NCBI RefSeq assembly: GCF_006345805.1
Contig: NC_043008.1
Span: 24,118,001 to 24,182,000 of the forward strand
From: Octopus sinensis
Lineage: Eukaryota
Direction of reading: 5' to 3'
DNA: 64,000 nucleotides
The notes beneath the pieces were generated by a model. It was given only the letters and a program-made list of their open reading frames with translations. It made no database searches and was not told the origin of the DNA. This document shows positions 61,960 through 64,000 of this stretch, in pieces. How positions within the stretch are numbered: the stretch's first letter is position 1; each line of letters begins with the position of its first letter. Made by a program: the position numbers and the translations under genes.

Positions 61960-64000
61960 CGCGGGTGGGCTGGAAAGTTCATCGGCTGACTATGAAGGAC
62001 TGATGTTAAAACAGTAAATTTCAACTCTTATTGCATTGTTTCTTTCCAAGTACTGACATCTAACTGTTCAAAGAAGACTTCAGAAGTAACCAGTTGCAAC
62101 TTCTCTTGAAACTGCTCAACATTTGGCGTCGTGGTGTTATCGAGTACCTGCAGAAAAAAGGATATGACCCTCAAGGACATTCATTCTTACATGGTTGCTA
62201 CATTAAGAGATGACACTCCAGCTTTATCAGCAGTGTAAAAGTGGGCAGCTGGATTCAGGAGGGGAAGGGAATGTCTTGAAGATGACCAAACGTCTGGACG
62301 TTCTGCAACTGCCAGCACCAAGGAGAACATTAATCGTGGTCATCACATGATGGATGACAAACGATTGACTATAAATCAAATACGCAATGCTATAAGCATA
62401 TCCCGTGACACAGTTGAGAATATTCTGCACAATGAACTTGGCATGATGAAGGTTTCTTCTCGGTGGATGCCACATCTTCTGACAACTGATCAAAAGCGCA
62501 CCTGGCTAATCACATCACTGGAAAATCTGACATTATTTGAGGCAGATCCAGCTGGTTTCCTTGAACGTTTCCTTACCTAGAATAAGTGTTGGGTTCATCA
62601 CTTTGAGCCAAAGGCAAAGAAACAATTCATGCAGTGGGAACACCCCTCCTCACCCTGCTCCAAAGAAGGCCAAGGTCATTTCATCTACAGACATTGTGCA
62701 TATTGATTATCTTCAAGAGGGCTATACCATCAATAGAGAGTATTGTGCCAACTTACTGAGATAGTTACGAACGATATCAAGACCAAACACCCAGTGAAAG
62801 GGGTCTTGTTTCATGAAGACAATGCTCCAGTACACAAGTCCTTGGTTTCATAACTGGGTTTGAACTGATCGATCACATTCACTATTCTCCTGATTTGATC
62901 CCATCTGACTATCATTTGTAGCGTAACTGATATCCTCACTGTTTGACAGACATATTAGGAATGACCTCGTGCTAGATAACAACCATCTTTTGCTAGTTTG
63001 ACCCTGTTGTGTCCACTGCTCTGATTGGTTGGCATTTGACGCAATTTGTCTTTTGACTTATTTCGCGCCAGTGTGTAAGCCAACAAATCATGGCCTTCGG
63101 ATAAGGTCTACTTCATTTGAGCCACCTTAACCCTATAAAAAGGCTAGTTCGTCTTTGGCTCTAGACTTTCTAAGGTCTAGTCACTGACCACAGAGCTACT
63201 CAACCATGTTCCAGTTCTAGCGACAGACGACCAGCCAGCCAACCATGCTCCTGCTCCAGCCATGATGACACTAACTTACACCAGCGACAGACAGGACGTT
63301 CTCCATCTCCATCGCCCTCATCTTGACGTCGCCTTTCTCTGCCGCCGCCATCATCGTCGTCCTTCATCTCTACGTCGTCTCCATCTCCGTCGACTTCAGC
63401 AATATGTATACATCAACATCGTCCAGGTTTAAACTCCACGCTGTTATAAATATTTCATCGAGCTAAACAGCTACAGTCTACCTGAAAGAACTTCCTGTAT
63501 CAAGAGACTCGGCACGGCATTGAAGCCAGAACCGCTACACAACATGTGTCCAACCGGCATTCTGCCTCGTGACCCCAACATCTTGTTACAGAACTATTGC
63601 TATTTTGTACCTCACTTACGAACTGGTAAACTAATTCCATCTTAACTCAATATGCTGATCTTATGCTCTGTATTCTGTTTTATACGCATACACCTTTTGT
63701 CGCACACACGAACACACAGACACAAAACACTTGTCGCATGCACACAGACACTCCACTTTGCTAGCACTCACACACTTTCTCTTTGTACCCAATGTAAATA
63801 AAGTCTTCTCTCCCAAACAGTAGAACGGTTTGTTGTCCTCATTTATTCCTTTTGGCACTGTATTTTATATCATGTATTTGGCTTCTTATTTTGTTAGGGG
63901 CGACAGTGCGGCGTTTTAAAGGAGACATTTGTCACCAACTCCTTACGTACGGTCGTATTCCCTACACATTTATTTCCCAACATAAAAAGACACTTGGCTA
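61960..64000 (+). mobile_element. Mariner (DD34D-type) relic, interrupted by a solo LTR and running off the window end
   Basis: TA|cgcgggtgggctggaaagttcatcggctgac TIR; DKRLTINQIRNAISIS..KVSSRWMPHLLT..WVHHFEP; FHEDNAPVH; YSPDL.PSDYH. The frame resumes after the LTR as HLFPNIKRHLA. Confidence 0.88.
62917..63966 (+). mobile_element. Solo LTR (1,050 bp), 4-bp TSD CATT, Ty3/Gypsy-like
   Basis: CATT|TGTAGCG...CCCTACA|CATT; TATAAAA at 63134 and AATAAA at 63797. Removing it restores the mariner SDYH-LFP reading frame. Confidence 0.88.

Overview
AT-rich eukaryotic DNA that is almost entirely repeat-derived, with no host protein-coding gene that I can support. The (TA)n/(TACA)n/(TAA)n microsatellite load and the tRNA-derived SINE families look like a coleoid cephalopod (Octopus-like) genome. 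That assignment is from remembered resemblance, not a search. Main contents: (1) a ~12.3 kb satellite of a 46-bp monomer (about 5137-17412) with a 28-bp dyad core and variable-length higher-order repeats; (2) a cluster of Helitron-like modules (17.4-21.7 kb); (3) a recent ~2 kb quasi-palindrome (25689-27720) whose arms each carry a 174-bp foldback MITE and a degenerate minimal-hammerhead motif, followed by an older third copy; (4) a stack of R4/Dong-like, Tx1-like, SINE and Penelope elements joined through (TAA)n tracts (32.8-42.1 kb), several missing RT segments; (5) an RTE copy with a target-site duplication (TSD) and an internal copy of its own flank; (6) several mariner/DD37D relics; (7) a 1,050-bp solo LTR with a 4-bp TSD splitting a mariner motif. 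Most ORFs in the supplied track are microsatellite artefacts or transposon fragments. All family assignments come from motif recognition by eye.
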